The notes: generated from the sequence alone by a model not told the origin. Positions 42,001-56,043 are shown, counted from the first letter of the stretch. The stretch: DNA of 64,000 nt from Balanoglossus misakiensis (GCA_040954595.2 CM082588.2:4218156-4282155), one strand, 5' to 3'. Program-made: numbers and translations.

Positions 42001-43391
42001 ATTATACCAACAAGTGTTAACTGTTCACTGAAACGTCACATACTTTCAAATAATCGTCATGTACTGACCGAGGAATGAACCGGCTGTTCTTGGACTAAAG
42101 AACGCAAAGCATGCTGAAAGTCAAATACGGCTTTTGTTTTGGCCCTTTTGCGGCGGCCTCGGCTGAATTCCGGCGCCGTGTACTGAGTTTACGCATCTGT
42201 GCGATTACCAGTCAGTTGTGTTTGAGGTATCCGCGAATATACAATGTGCCCTGAACGACTTCTGGTGAATCTGTCAGTCAGTAGTGGTGGTATAACACCG
42301 CGACGGGCAGTTCATTTGTATTTGATTAGCCATAAAGTTTACTGTTAGTGGTCGATAAAGGGTTGGTTCTCGGTTCTTAAGTAATTGCAGGCATTTTGAC
42401 GACCAGTGGTCTCCAGGTTATTTCAGATTGACGCAGTGTCCGGTCTAAACTCTTGTATTTGTTTAAATCCGGGATGGCAGTACCACTGCCAGTTACCAAA
42501 ACACAGTGAATGGGGGTAACAATGCCGCCATTGAAACGGGTCCACAATTGTCCGCAGTGGTCTCGAAGCACCGCTCGTTTCAAAAGGTCGCCGGACAATG
42601 AAATGGACAAGATATAATGGGGTCGAAGCGTTACTCGGTACGCTTGAATAAAACTTTGTATATTGGGTGAATGGACGTCGAGCGCTGTGATTCCAATCCG
42701 TCTATTAAAATGCCTTCCGCTGGAACACACAACCAAATCCTAACAGAACCGCTACCGGGTTGGCCATGCGCAGTAAAGTGTGTATCGTGTCGCCATAGAA
42801 ACGGAGCGACTGGAAATGTACATAGCCGCAGTGTTGGTATATAATTAAGACTTACATTTTTCTCAACTAAATGCGAAGCAATTACTTTCAATTCTGATGT
42901 TTGCTGAAATTATCATCTGTAACAGGTATAAAATAATAAATCAATTTATCCAAATAAGTCACACAGAGTAAGTACATTTGTAAACATGCATATATTTGTC
43001 GATTTTAGATGATATTTGCCGAACACTCGCGGTTGTAGTGAAGACAGCCAGAGCTCTGAGTTTCCCCCTACAACGGTCTGCTTGCTTTTCCTGTCCTCGT
43101 TACTAAGTCCAGTCACGTGAGATTGGATTATTCAATGTTATATTGAAGACAGAGTCACACAAGTCGTGGGTTCATTCACTGGCTCTTGTTAAGTACATTT
43201 CCCCGAGCTGATATTTATGTTACAGGGTTTTTAGAAGGGACTGTAAGAGTTGCCGTGTTAGTGGTTGTTTGATAACGGGTCACGTCATGCGCTGAGAGCA
43301 CCAGAATCTCTGAAGACCGTGGTGAAGTGTGAAGTGCAGTGTATCATTGGGTGTTCGACGATACCACTGGTGACTCCGCTGGGATAGCGTT

Positions 43392-46300
43392 ATGGAAGAA
43401 ACCGACGAACGGGCGAAGGGCGTCGTGGAAGCGAGCAGCGGCTCCGAGTCGGACGGTGACGACAGCAGCGGGGAGACCGCCAGCGGTAGCAGCAGTAGCA
43501 GCAGCGAGGGAGAGAAGAGCGGCGCCGACGAACCCGCGAGCGACAAGGAGCGCCCGGCGTCCGCGACGAAACGCCCGCCGTCGGCCGCAAAACAAATCAC
43601 CGAGCGGGAGCTGGCGAACTACACAGAGACACTGTCGCAGCTCTCGGACAAAATACGAACACAGAACACCAGTCTGTCCGACTTGAAGGATATCAGGAAA
43701 TATGACAGCCAAGAACTCCGCGAGACACTCGAAGAAACCCGGTCGGTTCTAGATAGCAGCAGTACCCGGGCAGATGAGCTGACGCGGAATATCACAGACA
43801 TAAGGCAGGTCATGACAGACCTGAAAACTGTCATGCAGGATAAGCTGAACAAATATGACGTGGTTCTTAATAACAGCGAGACAGGTAAGAGACATTTTCC
43901 TGTCGACGAGTTTAATAGAAATGCGTGTCACGGAGGATTAATCGCTCCAATCCAACGCCATTACCGTCACCACTTCTCAGTTTTCAATGACCAAGGCTTT
44001 GAATTGAGTTCATGTATTGTTTCGGACAGTAATAATGGTCGCTTGTCTAAGCTCACCAACTCTGTCCCAGAGCAGGCAAAGTCCATGAAACACATAATTG
44101 AGTGTTATGTCTCGTTGTTAGGGTATCCGACCCACATACTATAATGTAATAATCAATATTTTGTGTATGTGCACGGAGCGGATCATGACCCGTCCACCTC
44201 CAATATAGACCAGGATGACAAGAGGTCAAAGTTCCTCACGTGGAAACAGCTCCTACAATGGAGAAAAGGCGTTACAACGGCGATGTGTACACAAAAGGTG
44301 TTTGAAAGTGTGGAGCGTTGACTTACTGGCGATTCCAGCTGTCAGTACCTCCGCGTCACCTTAACTCACTCGCGGATGTATAAACTGCATGGTCATGAAC
44401 CAAGGTCACTGGTGCACCGATTGGCCATACATTGGCCAATCAGTCAGACACTAAGCCAATTAATCAATTTAAATATCGCCGAATAGTTCAGCCTGACTAA
44501 TCCCCCGGTTTAAGTTTGTTTTTCGAGATTTAAGAGGATTACAAAATCATGCCGGACTACCATTGAAATGCTTGTCCTGTTAATGCATTTGATGCAAAAT
44601 TAAAGCTATTTTCTCGATTCCATGTTAAAGACTTTAGAACGTTCGTAATTGGATTGTAGAGACATCGAAGTCTTTGGGTTTTGTTACACATTAAATGAAT
44701 TTCACTGTCACTATTGAATATTCCCAGCTGCCACTGACAGACGGCCAGTCGTTGCTATCGCGTGTCTGATAATATATTTTCATGATGTCATATTTTCGCT
44801 CGAACACAACCATATGCATATATAACTAGCTTGGTCGCCTCAGTTTTGAAACTTGGGAAGCTGATTATTCGATGCCATCTTTATCTTGGTAGGATTGATA
44901 TGGCAGGTCGAATGTGACAAGCGATTGGGGATATCGAAGCAGGAAATTCCTTTCAAACAGAGAAACAGAGACAAGGAATTAGACCTCTATATTTGGTTTA
45001 TCTCGTTTCTGAAATGTTACTATGCGATTATCAAGCCACTGGAGGTACACGACGTACACCAACTCAAGTTGATATCAAGAACCGCTTTGTGAATACCTAA
45101 CTGAATATCTCGTGTCCTAGTGGCTTGGACAACTGTTTATACGCGCCGTTCACACCGATGACTAAGCAGAAATGTAAACATAACTGACACGGTAGTCTTG
45201 GCTGCTAATCAAATTGACGAAACAATCGCTCTAAAAATGGGGTTATTTTCGCCGAACTCAAGGCGGACTATGGAAAGCCGTGGCTGTCTTAAGTGACATA
45301 AAATTATGTTGACATGGGGATTCTTTATATAATGATGTGCATACGTTATAAGGTGATGGGCATACGTTATACGGTAATGCACATACGTTATAAGGTGATG
45401 GGCATACGTTATAAGGTGATGCGCATACTTTATAAGGTGATGGGCATACGTTATAAGGTGATGGGCATACGTTATAAGGTGATGGGCATACGTTATAAGG
45501 TGATGCACATACGTTATAAGATGATGGGCATACGTTATAAGGTGATGTGCATGCGGTATAAGGTGATGGGCATACGTTATAAGGTGATGGGCATACGTTA
45601 TAAGGTGATGCGCATGCGGTATAAGGTGATGGGCACACTTTATACTGTGATGTTCTTGCGTTATAAGGTGATGCGCATAAGTTGAACGTTGATAGGCATA
45701 CATAAGGTGATGGGCATAAGTTATAAGGTGATGTGAACACTTTATAAGGTGATGCGCATACGTTATAAGGTGATGTGAACACTTTATAAGGTGATGCGCT
45801 CACGTTATAAGGTGATGCGCATACGTTATAAGGTGATGCAAATACGTTATAAGGTGATGCGCATACGTTATAAGGTGATGCGCATACGTCGTTATATGGT
45901 GTGGTTACGTTATAAGGTGATGTGCATACGTCGTTATATGGTGTGGTTACGTTATAAGGTGATGGGCATACGTCGTTATATGGTGTGGTTACGTAATAAG
46001 GTGATGGGCATACGTCGTTATATGGTGTGGTTACGTTATAAGGTGATGGGCATACGTCGTTATATGGTGTGGTTACGTTATAAGGTGATGGGCATACGTC
46101 GTTATATGGTGTGGTTACGTAATAAGGTGATGGGCATACGTCGTTATATGGTGTGGTTACGTTATAAGGTGATGGGCATACGTCGTTATATGGTGTGGTT
46201 ACGTTATAAGGTGATGGGCATACGTCGTTATATGGTGTGGTTACGTTATAAGGTGATGGGCATACGTCGTTATATGGTGTGGTTACGTAATAAGGTGATG

Positions 46301-49300
46301 GGCATACGTCGTTATATGGTGTGGTTACGTTATAAGGTGATGGGCATACGTCGTTATATGGTGTGGTTACGTTATAAGGTGATGGGCATACGTCGTTATA
46401 TGGTGTGGTTACTTTATAAGGTGATGGGCATACGTCGTTATATGGTGTGGTTACGTTATAAGATGATGGACATACGTCGTTATATGGTGTGGTTACGTTA
46501 TAAGATGATGGGCATACGTCGTTATATGGTGTGGTTACGTTATAAGGTGATGGGCATACGTCGTTATATGGTGTGGTTACGTCGTTATTAGCTGTGGAAA
46601 CGCAGCTGTTCCGCCTGGGGGATATGCAAATTACCCTGTGTGTCCCGGATGTTCAAACATTTAGTAACACATGCACACATGGTTGTAATGTTGGCCTTAC
46701 CCTCATCCTCATATTCGCCAGCCTCATCCTCATATCATCCTCAGCTTCGTGACCTTAGGAAGATTAATAACAATCCGTCATCGGCGATTCGTTAAACTTA
46801 AAGATAATATTTAAATATTATCATTTCTTTCACTGACTTGGATAAATGTAAATACGGATACGACTTCTGTTTTTAAATGCTTTATAGCAGCGAATAAGAA
46901 ACTCCCGAGAGAAAATTGCTTCGGTCAAAGTTTATTGCAAATGTCCAAACAGTCGAGTCGAGACTGAACGATCAGCAAATAGAACAAATAGAGTCAAAAT
47001 AAGAAATCCAATCAATTATTTAGACTATCCCATGAAAATACTTTACCTATATTGGTTTCGCTTTTTTTAGATCACATCAAATATCCGAAATTCACGATAA
47101 AGTTTTACGAATCGCCGATGACGGATTGTTATTAATCTTCCTAAGGTCACGAAGCTGAGGATGATATGAGGATGAGGCAGGGTAATTTGCATATCCCCCA
47201 GGCGGAACAGCTGCGTTTCCACAGCTAATAACGACGTAACCACACCATATAACGACGTATGCCCATAACCTTATATCGTAAGCGCATCACCTTATAACGT
47301 AAGCACATCACCTTATAAAGTGTCCGCATCACCTTATAACATAAGAGCATTACCTTATAACGTAACCACACCATATAAGGACGTATGCCCATCACCTTAT
47401 AACGTACCCACACCATATAACAATGTATGCCCATCACCTTATAACGTAACCACACCATATAACGACGTATGCACATCACCTTATAACGTAACCACACCAT
47501 ATAATGACGTATGCCCATCACCTTATAACGTAACCACACCATATAACGACGTATGCCCATCACCTTATAACGTAACCACACCATATAACGACGTATGCCC
47601 ATCACCTTATAACGTAACCACACCATATAACGACGTATGCCCATCACCTTATAACGTAACCACACCATATAATGACGTATGCCCATCACCTTATAACGTA
47701 ACTACACCATATAACGACGTATGCCCATCACCTTATAACGTAACCACACCATATAACGACGTATGCCCATCACCTTATAACGTAACCACACCATATAATG
47801 ACGTATGCCCATCACCTTATAACGTAACCACACCATATAACGACGTATGCCCATCACCTTATAACGTAACCACACCATATAATGACGTATGCCCATCACC
47901 TTATAACGTATGTGCATCACCTTATAACGTATGCACATCATTATATAAAGAATCCCCATGTCAACATAATTTTATGACACTTAAGACAGCCACGGCTTTC
48001 CATAGCGGACGCGTTTTCGTTTTAATCAGTAAACACACGAATGCTATCGAGCTATAACCGCACTGGTTTTAGGATTTTCGAAATCGAGCGAGTCGACGTC
48101 ACTTCAACTCTTATCTGACGTCCTGTTGTCATGGCAAGGTTTTTTTGTGGGTTTTTAATTTAAATTCAATTAAAGGCTAATCTATCAAAAGATTGTGATT
48201 TTGATATCTCTGAACTTGCTCTGAAGGGTTTGATGTATTTTAATTGGATTGCTGGGGAATTTTTAGACCGTCTTTTATTTACATTTGCCAACATCACAAA
48301 CTGCAATCACAAGCATTTCTTGAGATTTTCTGTTGCATGAGAAAATGCAATATGGGCAAATTTTGGATGTAGCCATGCCAACATGTGTAAAAAAACGATC
48401 CAATATTTGAAAGTCTGTAAAACGTTAGCTAGAAATACCAGAGTGCAAACTCTAGGCACTTTATAACCTACAATAACATCTCGTGTTCTGAACAAGCGGA
48501 AACATGTCTAGAAAAGCCGGCATTACGCATTGAAATAAACCTCACTTAGAGGCCGATTAGTCACGGTAATTGCGTCACAAATATTTGACAATGGATAAAA
48601 TTTTCTTTTCACGATTGCTAATGTCCCCAAATTGAATGCCGTGGAGTGATTTTATTAAAACGAGGCATTTCACGCCGTAACCAGGAAACTGAATCGCTTG
48701 ATCGCGCGCTCCGTTTATTTTATCCGAGTATCGTTTCTGTAAGTCTGTAGCAGTATTTCTAAGTAACCAAGGACTAGTTATATACGTGTTGCAGGCAAAG
48801 AAACGTGTCACAAAGGTTCTAATAAACGTCTCCGTGTATCTGTTAATATAATATGAAAAGAAAAACATGTTTTCGAGAATGTTGTTGGCCACGGGGACTC
48901 ATTGTGAAAGACATCCAGCAGATAGCGAACAAAAATAGGCAACCCTGAGGGACAAATTCGCGATCCTTTGACTATACTTCCTTCAAATGGGAGAATAGTA
49001 TATATTATTAATGCGTTGATGTCAACTAACTGTTCCAACGCAGTCGTTGAATAAGAAGACATGTATTATAAATGTTACATGTCATTTCTCACCACAAAAA
49101 AACACCAAGAAACATAAAAAATGTAACCATTGATCAAACTAAACCGTGTATGCACTATACACGTATTGTAGGGTCAAGGATAACCAAGTTCGTGAAATAC
49201 CCCCGTCATATATACGTTTGTGTCCATTCTTTGGTCACGTCACAAAACTTTGCTCAAAGCATAACAGCTTAATAAATCCTTAGGCCTGTAGGAGCTCTGC

Positions 49301-52300
49301 AAAAACGCTTCCAGAATACAATAATCTTACCCCAGAAATCGTGCTCGACAGGGTATATACTGTAATATAATACGTGTGCCGTTATATTGATATTTGGGAA
49401 CGATTTCTGTTCACTTCTGCAGTTCTCTGAGCTATACGCTCAGTAAGTGGAATTGACATAGCGCAGAGAGATCTTTTCGTGATTAATTTATATTCGGTGC
49501 GTGAGTTAAGGTTTTCCCTGGGCAAATTAAGTGCGCTACTATAATCTCCCCTACAGCACACGACTGTGCCCAGAGTTTGAACTCGCGTGGCCTTTGCTTT
49601 GTTGCGTGTGTTTACACGGGTCCATAGAAACCGCACACGCGGACGTTTCCCTATCACCGATCCTGTGACGTCGTCATGGTAACAAATGGCAGAAGTCGAC
49701 GGCCTACATCGTTTGACGGCTGTTGACACGTAATATCACGTTGCTTGGAAATGCTACAATGCGTCTAACGATGCTTGTAGCAAAGGCTATTTTTACTCTT
49801 TTCAAGTGCAGCAAAAAAATCTAGATCCATTTTCTTAAGTGGACCGGTGCTCTAAAAGAGAGGTTTAAAGGGCCTACTGCCGATTGCGATGTGTCTCGAT
49901 TCTGTTATGACATTTGACATTTTGCTACGTCACTTTGAATGCACCATGGCTGTGCCCAATAACCGGATTCGCTTGTTCGCTTCTTTTAAAGAAATACTGT
50001 GGTGGTATCGTTCTGCTTTTCGTTTTGGCATTTTCCCACGAGAGAGTCTGCCAGCTATTTATCCGAGGCCCTCTCGGGTGCGTCTGAAAACAACACACTT
50101 TTCACTTCAACTGGCGGGTAAAGTCAGTAACGGTCGAGCCACAGATTGGGGAGAACTCCTTCTGGCGAAAAGCTTGAAAGACATTCCGATCTAGGTAGCC
50201 ATACACGCACCTTTGTCGCCGAAGAGACGTAATGCTTTCAAACAATGGGTATAAAAAAGGGGCTTGAGAATAAGTTTGTTTTGCTTCAAACACAGGTTGC
50301 ATACCGTGTGTGCTGTTTTACGTCACCCTAGCTGCGTGCAGGGATGTCAAATTTGACCAACTGAGTGTTAAGTGGTCGCGATGGGGCGCTTAGCCTAATT
50401 ATATTTGCAAATTTTAATTAAGAAAGTGACGGAATCAGACAAAATTGTTTGCCGAAGACTAAAACCGGAAAATCCTGCTTACACACAAGCCATGGCCATC
50501 GAAAGGTGTGTCGTTTGTCTCTCAGTCACGCCACGCACACTGGCTTATTGATTCTACTGCATCTTCTTGGTTTGGTACCATGGTAACAGATGCTCAGAAT
50601 TACAAGACCAGATAATTAACATTAACAACATTAAATCGTTCCCTTACAGAGAACAAGAAGTCGGCCGAAGAAAGTCAAGCAGACGCCATGGTGGCCACTG
50701 CATGTGCCCACCTCGCTCAAGCCACGACAGACTTAGCGGAGGCCATCAAGTCGGCGGCAGAAGCGGAGAGCAAGGCTGCCGAGGCGAGCGCCATCGCCCG
50801 GGCGGTCGCCGAGGAATCGCAACGGAGCAGCGCGGAAACCGACGAAGCCGTGGAAAAAGTTAAGGCAGCGGAGGATGCTGGCGATGAAGAGGGTGACAAG
50901 GGAGAAGAAGAAACCGAAGATAAGGAAAAGGAAGATGAAGAAGAACAACAGCAAGAAGAAGATGAGAAAGAAAGTATCGAGAAAGACGATGGCGAGAAAG
51001 AGGTGACGGTTGAAGATGTCGAGCAAAACGAAGAAGAATCTGGAGAAAAGGAAGAGGAGGACAAGAAGGAGGGAGAAAGCAGCAGCAGTAGCGACAGCAG
51101 CGGAAGTAGCGGTAGCGAGAGCGACAGCAGCGGGTCAGACAGCGAAGACTCGAAGAACGAAGACGAGCAGAAGTCCAACGGCGAGCAAGCGAGCGTGACC
51201 GACAACGGAGTGACAGACAATCACAACGAAGACACCGTCTCCATTGACAGTTTTGAGAGACACCTAGAAAAAAGAATGTCAAAACTCAAAGAAGAACCCG
51301 AGGAGCCTAAAGATGAAGTGATATACTCCCCGCTTTACAAGTAAGTGGCGTTATTTTATAGTGTGATGATATACAGCTACAATGTAAGCCTGGCCTTCCT
51401 GTAGAATTCCTCAAAGTGATATAATAACGGTAAATAGAACGTATTGTCTTTAAGTGAATTTTGAAGAATGATAATTAATTTATCCATTGTTATTCCAGAT
51501 ACTACGTGGTTCCGAACGGAAATGACGAATCGGAGCTCGGTTGCATCCTACGTGCCAAACAGGTCAATTTCACACAACGAGAAGTCCAGGCGGAGCTGGC
51601 TAACCATCTCAGTGGTGGTGCCGTCAGCGAAAACGAGGAGCTCGTCAGTCACGTGATCCAGTTGCAGCTCCCAGAGGACAAGAAACTGACCATGCCCGTC
51701 AGCTTGGCGATCCCTTACGTCAGCTCGTCGCGTCCGGCGAACGCGAGGGAGGCTGTTGTCAAGGCGACGACGGACGGGGTGGAGTGGAAGGTGATCCCGA
51801 CAACCTCAACAGAGGGTACTCTGACCGACCAGAAAGTGAGTCTCTTGTCCACATCATTTGTGAGATGGAGTTTTGGCTTTGAAAAGTTATTCATTATATT
51901 ACCACCAAAAACGCCCTGACTTTTTGTCATATCTGTGTGAAATGTAATAAAATTAATGCGTTTTCACCCCTCTTCCTTCCTTTGAAGAAAATGTTCGCGG
52001 AAGTGAAAGTGAATGAGCTCGGTACATTCGCGGTGGTGGCTCGATGGACCAAGGACCGCTCCACCATCACAAAGAAAGGTGGTGCGTTGAGATCTTCGGT
52101 TGAATCAAGAGTGACCATCAGCGTTCCACAAGGAGCAACTGGTCTTACAAGTATGTCACTGCAGGTAAATATTTCCTTTTCTGCATATATTCAGCTTGAT
52201 GAAGCGAGGCCTCCACTATATTTGACTGCTTTTCACCAATACGTAATGTTGTCGTGAGAGAAGTTCCTCGAAGGCATTGCATCGACGTGATTTCGTCAAC

Positions 52301-54461
52301 ACGAAGTCACCATTCCACAATTAAGTTTCCTGCCTTTTAGGGATATTTGCGTTAACTCTGCTGTTGCCATGGTTTCTAATATAGGTACAACCAGTCGACT
52401 TGACGGCCGTCAGCGACTTGAAATCGCGACTCGGCCACTGCGCCGACTTGATCGCCTCGAGCCCGATCCTGCACCTGTCGCACACCAGCAAGAAAGAATT
52501 CTCCAAGCCGGTCACCATCACCATACCGTTGCCGCCGAACCCGACCAAGGAGAAGAAGCAACAAGCGAGGCCCTCCACGGCGGCGAAGGACGTCTTCTCT
52601 CGGCCGGCCAGCGGGTTCGTTATCCGTCCGAGGAGCGCAAAGCTGTTCGGCTCCGACCACTCCGATGACGTCATTCACGTTCTCAGTCGCAACGTCGGCG
52701 CAAACGCACACTGGATAGTGATGGACGTACGGGTTAAGCAAGTCAGGAAGGATGTCGTCAGCTTTGACATCATGAAACCAGTCGACAGGTAATTATTGGG
52801 AAAAATTTCCTCCAGAAACTAATGTAATTTCGCAAAATGTTTAAATTCATCAACATATCCGATCCGATTCTCTTTCAGAATTGTAGCCGTGCGCTATGCA
52901 TCGCAATCGACGTACCCGGCCGAGCAGATGGTACAATCGTTAGAGGATTCCTTGCTGTTGAAGTACGCGTGCGTCATCCTTCACCACAAAACCGAAGACC
53001 CCGAGCAAGTGGTTGTTCAAATCGTTAAAAGTCGATATCTGGACAGCACACAACGGAAATTGATGGACAAGGGATACGAAGCCCCTCCCGAACCAAGTCA
53101 GGATATTCCCATGTCAGAAGGACAAAATGTTAGAATTAAGTGAGTGTGATTGTCTCTGTTAGAAATTCTCTGTCTGTCTGCCTTTATGCCAATCTCTGTA
53201 TGTGTCTCTGTCTCTCTGCCATTTTCTGTCTCCCTCTCTGTCTTGAGCTCTGTCTCTCTCCCCACCACTCTCGTTCCTCTCTTGTCTATCGTCTCTCTCT
53301 CTCTCGTGATTACGAGTCAAACTGACGATTTGGTATCAACACCAAGTATACCACTTTTCTCAATGCTCTTTCTCATCCACCATTCGAACTATTGGTTTCT
53401 AAAAACCACACCGTTTCGCAAATGTACAGCGGTATAACCTTCGATACTCCCTCTCGCTTCTTCCCAGGTTCACTGGCAACATAGAAGTCATTGGAGATTC
53501 CGATCTCTCCGTCAATTTTCACGCACAGCGTAGAAACATCTTAGAGTTCAGCATCAAGGAGGCAAATAAGTACGGCAACTACAGCCAGCCCTTCTACCGC
53601 GGCGTGGCGGAGTTCTACGGGAGACCCCGGGTGACGCTGGAAGACAAAGGGACGGACCCGTTCGAGGTCGACAAGGAGGCCAAGGAAACGAAAAAAGATG
53701 GAAAGGACACAAAGAAGGCCAGGGAAGCCAGGGAACAGAAGGAGAAGGAAACGAAGGAAAAAGCGACTCGTGATTTACTGTGTAAATTGCCAGTTGTCTT
53801 ACCAAAGGTTAGTATTGAGCTTAATTTGGTTTAAGTCCTACGAATTATGATAAATCAAGATATGGATAATGGGCATTTTACAATACAAATACATTTATCA
53901 GCTTACAATACTGCACTGTATTACAACGTGCTTTCGTTTTTCAGGGCGAACCCGAACCATTGAGACCTCCAAGTCGGTACCGTGCCACAGCGTTAGAAGC
54001 TGAAGGTTTGTAAAACCCTCTCAGTAGAATTTCAACCATTTTCCCTGACAGTGCAGCCACCGTGGCTAAAACGAATAGAATGGTTCATGGAAACAAGTTG
54101 ATTGAATTTCCCAACGCCAGTATCTGAGCCACAGCCGATAGTGTGTATGATGTAAAAATTATTCCATTTCGTTTCAGACCCTTCCGTGAGTAACGAAAGT
54201 CTCCGATGGGTAGCCTCAGAACTGGGCCACGAGTGGGAATCGTTGGCTGCCTACTTAGGAATCAAGCGCAGTCGTCTTCAAAGCATCTTGAGAAACAACC
54301 CGAATGACACGCAACAACAGAGCTTCGACGCCCTGATAACGTGGAGGAGCTCCCTACCGAGATCTTACAACAAAGTCCCTAAACTGACGCGTGCTCTGAC
54401 GCGCTGTGGTCGGTATGACATTGCCGAGGAACTGGTCTCCAGAAGCAAAGACCGGTTGTGA
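43392..54461 (+). CDS. DTHD1: Death domain-containing protein 1-like (coiled-coil/acidic N-terminus, ZU5-ZU5-UPA-death domain), 9 coding exons, about 1015 aa
   Basis: Exons 43392-43884, 50650-51340, 51499-51835, 51988-52164, 52385-52788, 52879-53139, 53468-53807, 53945-54005, 54178-54461 sum to 3048 nt. ZU5 motifs ENEELVSHVIQL..PVSLAIPY and KKGGALRSSVESRVTISVPQGA..SPILHL..FSKPVTITIPLP; death domain LRWVASELGHEWESLAAYLGI..LITWR..LTRCGRYDIAEEL. Confidence 0.82.
45331..46588 (+). repeat. Left-arm minisatellite: 21-bp units followed by 42-bp higher-order units
   Basis: CATACGTTATAAGGTGATGGG repeats to about 45882, then CATACGTCGTTATATGGTGTGGTTACGTTATAAGGTGATGGG about 17 times. Confidence 0.95.
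47228..47942 (-). repeat. Right-arm minisatellite (inverted), mostly 42-bp units
   Basis: Reverse complement of the left-arm units, with fewer copies and a different order. Confidence 0.95.
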
Positions 54462-56043
54462 TTTAACAGGAAGTGACGTCAGCCGTTTGCCACGTTGTCG
54501 GCGTTGAGACCAGCGGCGCGACGACAAGAGTACAAGTAAACTTTGCCATGTGACAAAACAAGACACAAGCAAACTATTTCACCAATTGACGGAACAGCGG
54601 CTACTTTGTCCTACGATTAATCACTCATAAACAACTCAATAAAAGGACACGCCCGGACAATCTGTACATATGCGAAAAATTAATACACAACTAATGTGGA
54701 TTATATATTTTTATGGTGGATTAATCATTTCTTGAATAATTAACGGTTGAAAGTAAAGTTCACCAAAATATTTTACTTAAAGTGACGTGATTTCACAACT
54801 CAACAAAATTTAAAATTTGATGGATATAAGTATTTGTTCATAAGAGTAGAAAATACTGCAACGAATTACTTTTTCTGATAAAGTTAAAGTTAAAATTCTC
54901 ACTTTGACAATAAATCATATTTGAAGCAAATGCTCATATTTGAACTCAACTTAGACAATCACGATATTACTTATCAACGTTATTTTAGATTCTGTTGAAC
55001 CGAGTATATTAGTCATGAAGGGTTTTCTTAGGGTAAGCATTACCAACCTCAAACATATTTTGACCTGGAAAACTACTCCACGTGCAGATTAGCGACAAAT
55101 CAAATAATTTTCTGTGTAAAGCACAGTGTCTTCCATTCAAAAAGTACAACATTGCATTCTTCCTTGAGATGTGTTTTTTTTTGTAGACTTTGTTCTGTGT
55201 ATTTCTCGTCACATTGACGGACAGAGAGATGAGGGGTGAGATGACTGTTTGATATGCCATCTTGGTTCAACAACTCTACATGAACCAGCGCTATATTCAA
55301 AAGCGACACGTAGCATTTACAACTCCAAGTATAATTTTACCTGAACAACTCCATGTGCAAGAGAGTTGTAGTAGCGACGACTGCAATCATTTCTATACAA
55401 CTTTGTCTTTTATCCTCAAAGTACAACACTGCTCTATTCCATGAGAAATGGAATTCATGAGTGACCGAAAAAATTATGTTTGTGTGCCAGTCTTATCAAT
55501 TTCCGTCCTAAAACTGAAAGCACATTCGTAAAACAATCAGACAATTGTAAATGACAGCGCCGATCAAGCATGAAAAGTAAAGATGTATTGATTTGTAATT
55601 TTCAGTTTTGTTTTGTGACTACTGTGATTAAATATGTATAATATGTAACAGTATTTATCCACGCTCTCTGCTGTCTGGAGTAAATTCGGACTACCTAAGC
55701 TCGTGCACGAGTATTAACGCATCACTTGAGCAATAATGCGATCGAACAGTAACTAACAAACAAAGAAAAACAAACGCTCTGCCTGAAAGCTATCGTTGGT
55801 GGCGTTATATTTGCTATCGACGGCTATTTGAAAAAACAACATGAAGGATATGTTCAACCGAGTTAAAACACCGTGCATTGGATGCCAATACAGTATAAAG
55901 TTCCTTGCAAAAGTAGAAATTTCTAATGCGTCGTGTTTATCGAAGAAGAAAAACAAGCATAATTCGAACTGTTACTGGTAACCTAGGGGGTTTACACCAG
56001 TACAACTTTTTTGGTACTGACTTAGAGGGTTCCAAAATACACA

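Larger units (their letters stand above)
45268..48005. mobile_element. Foldback-type transposon with long modular inverted arms made of 21/42-bp tandem repeats
   Basis: Left arm 45268-46799 and right arm 47100-48005 are reverse complements (terminal ~63-bp unique segment, minisatellite domain, inner unique domain) around a 300-bp spacer. Flanking direct repeat is CGGA, or GCGGAC if the ends are TATGG/CCATA. Confidence 0.9.

Noticed and set aside
43885-44144. C-terminal part of the 250-aa ORF 43392-44144
   Set aside because: Read-through past a strong CAG|GTAAGA donor; splicing to 50650 restores the frame.
45209-48057. Long repetitive ORFs (RYKVMGIRRYMVWL, PYNVCPS, YAHHLIT)
   Set aside because: By-products of stop-free 21/42-bp minisatellites, open in several frames on both strands, inside an intron and an inverted-repeat element.
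50717-51282. Antisense Ser/Leu/Phe-rich ORFs (also 43280-43852 and those opposite the propeller exons)
   Set aside because: Shadows of GC-rich or low-complexity sense exons.
43392-54461. PIDD1, ankyrin or UNC5 identity for the ZU5/death-domain gene
   Set aside because: No LRR, ankyrin or Ig/TM regions and no HFS autoproteolysis motif; the architecture fits DTHD1 better.
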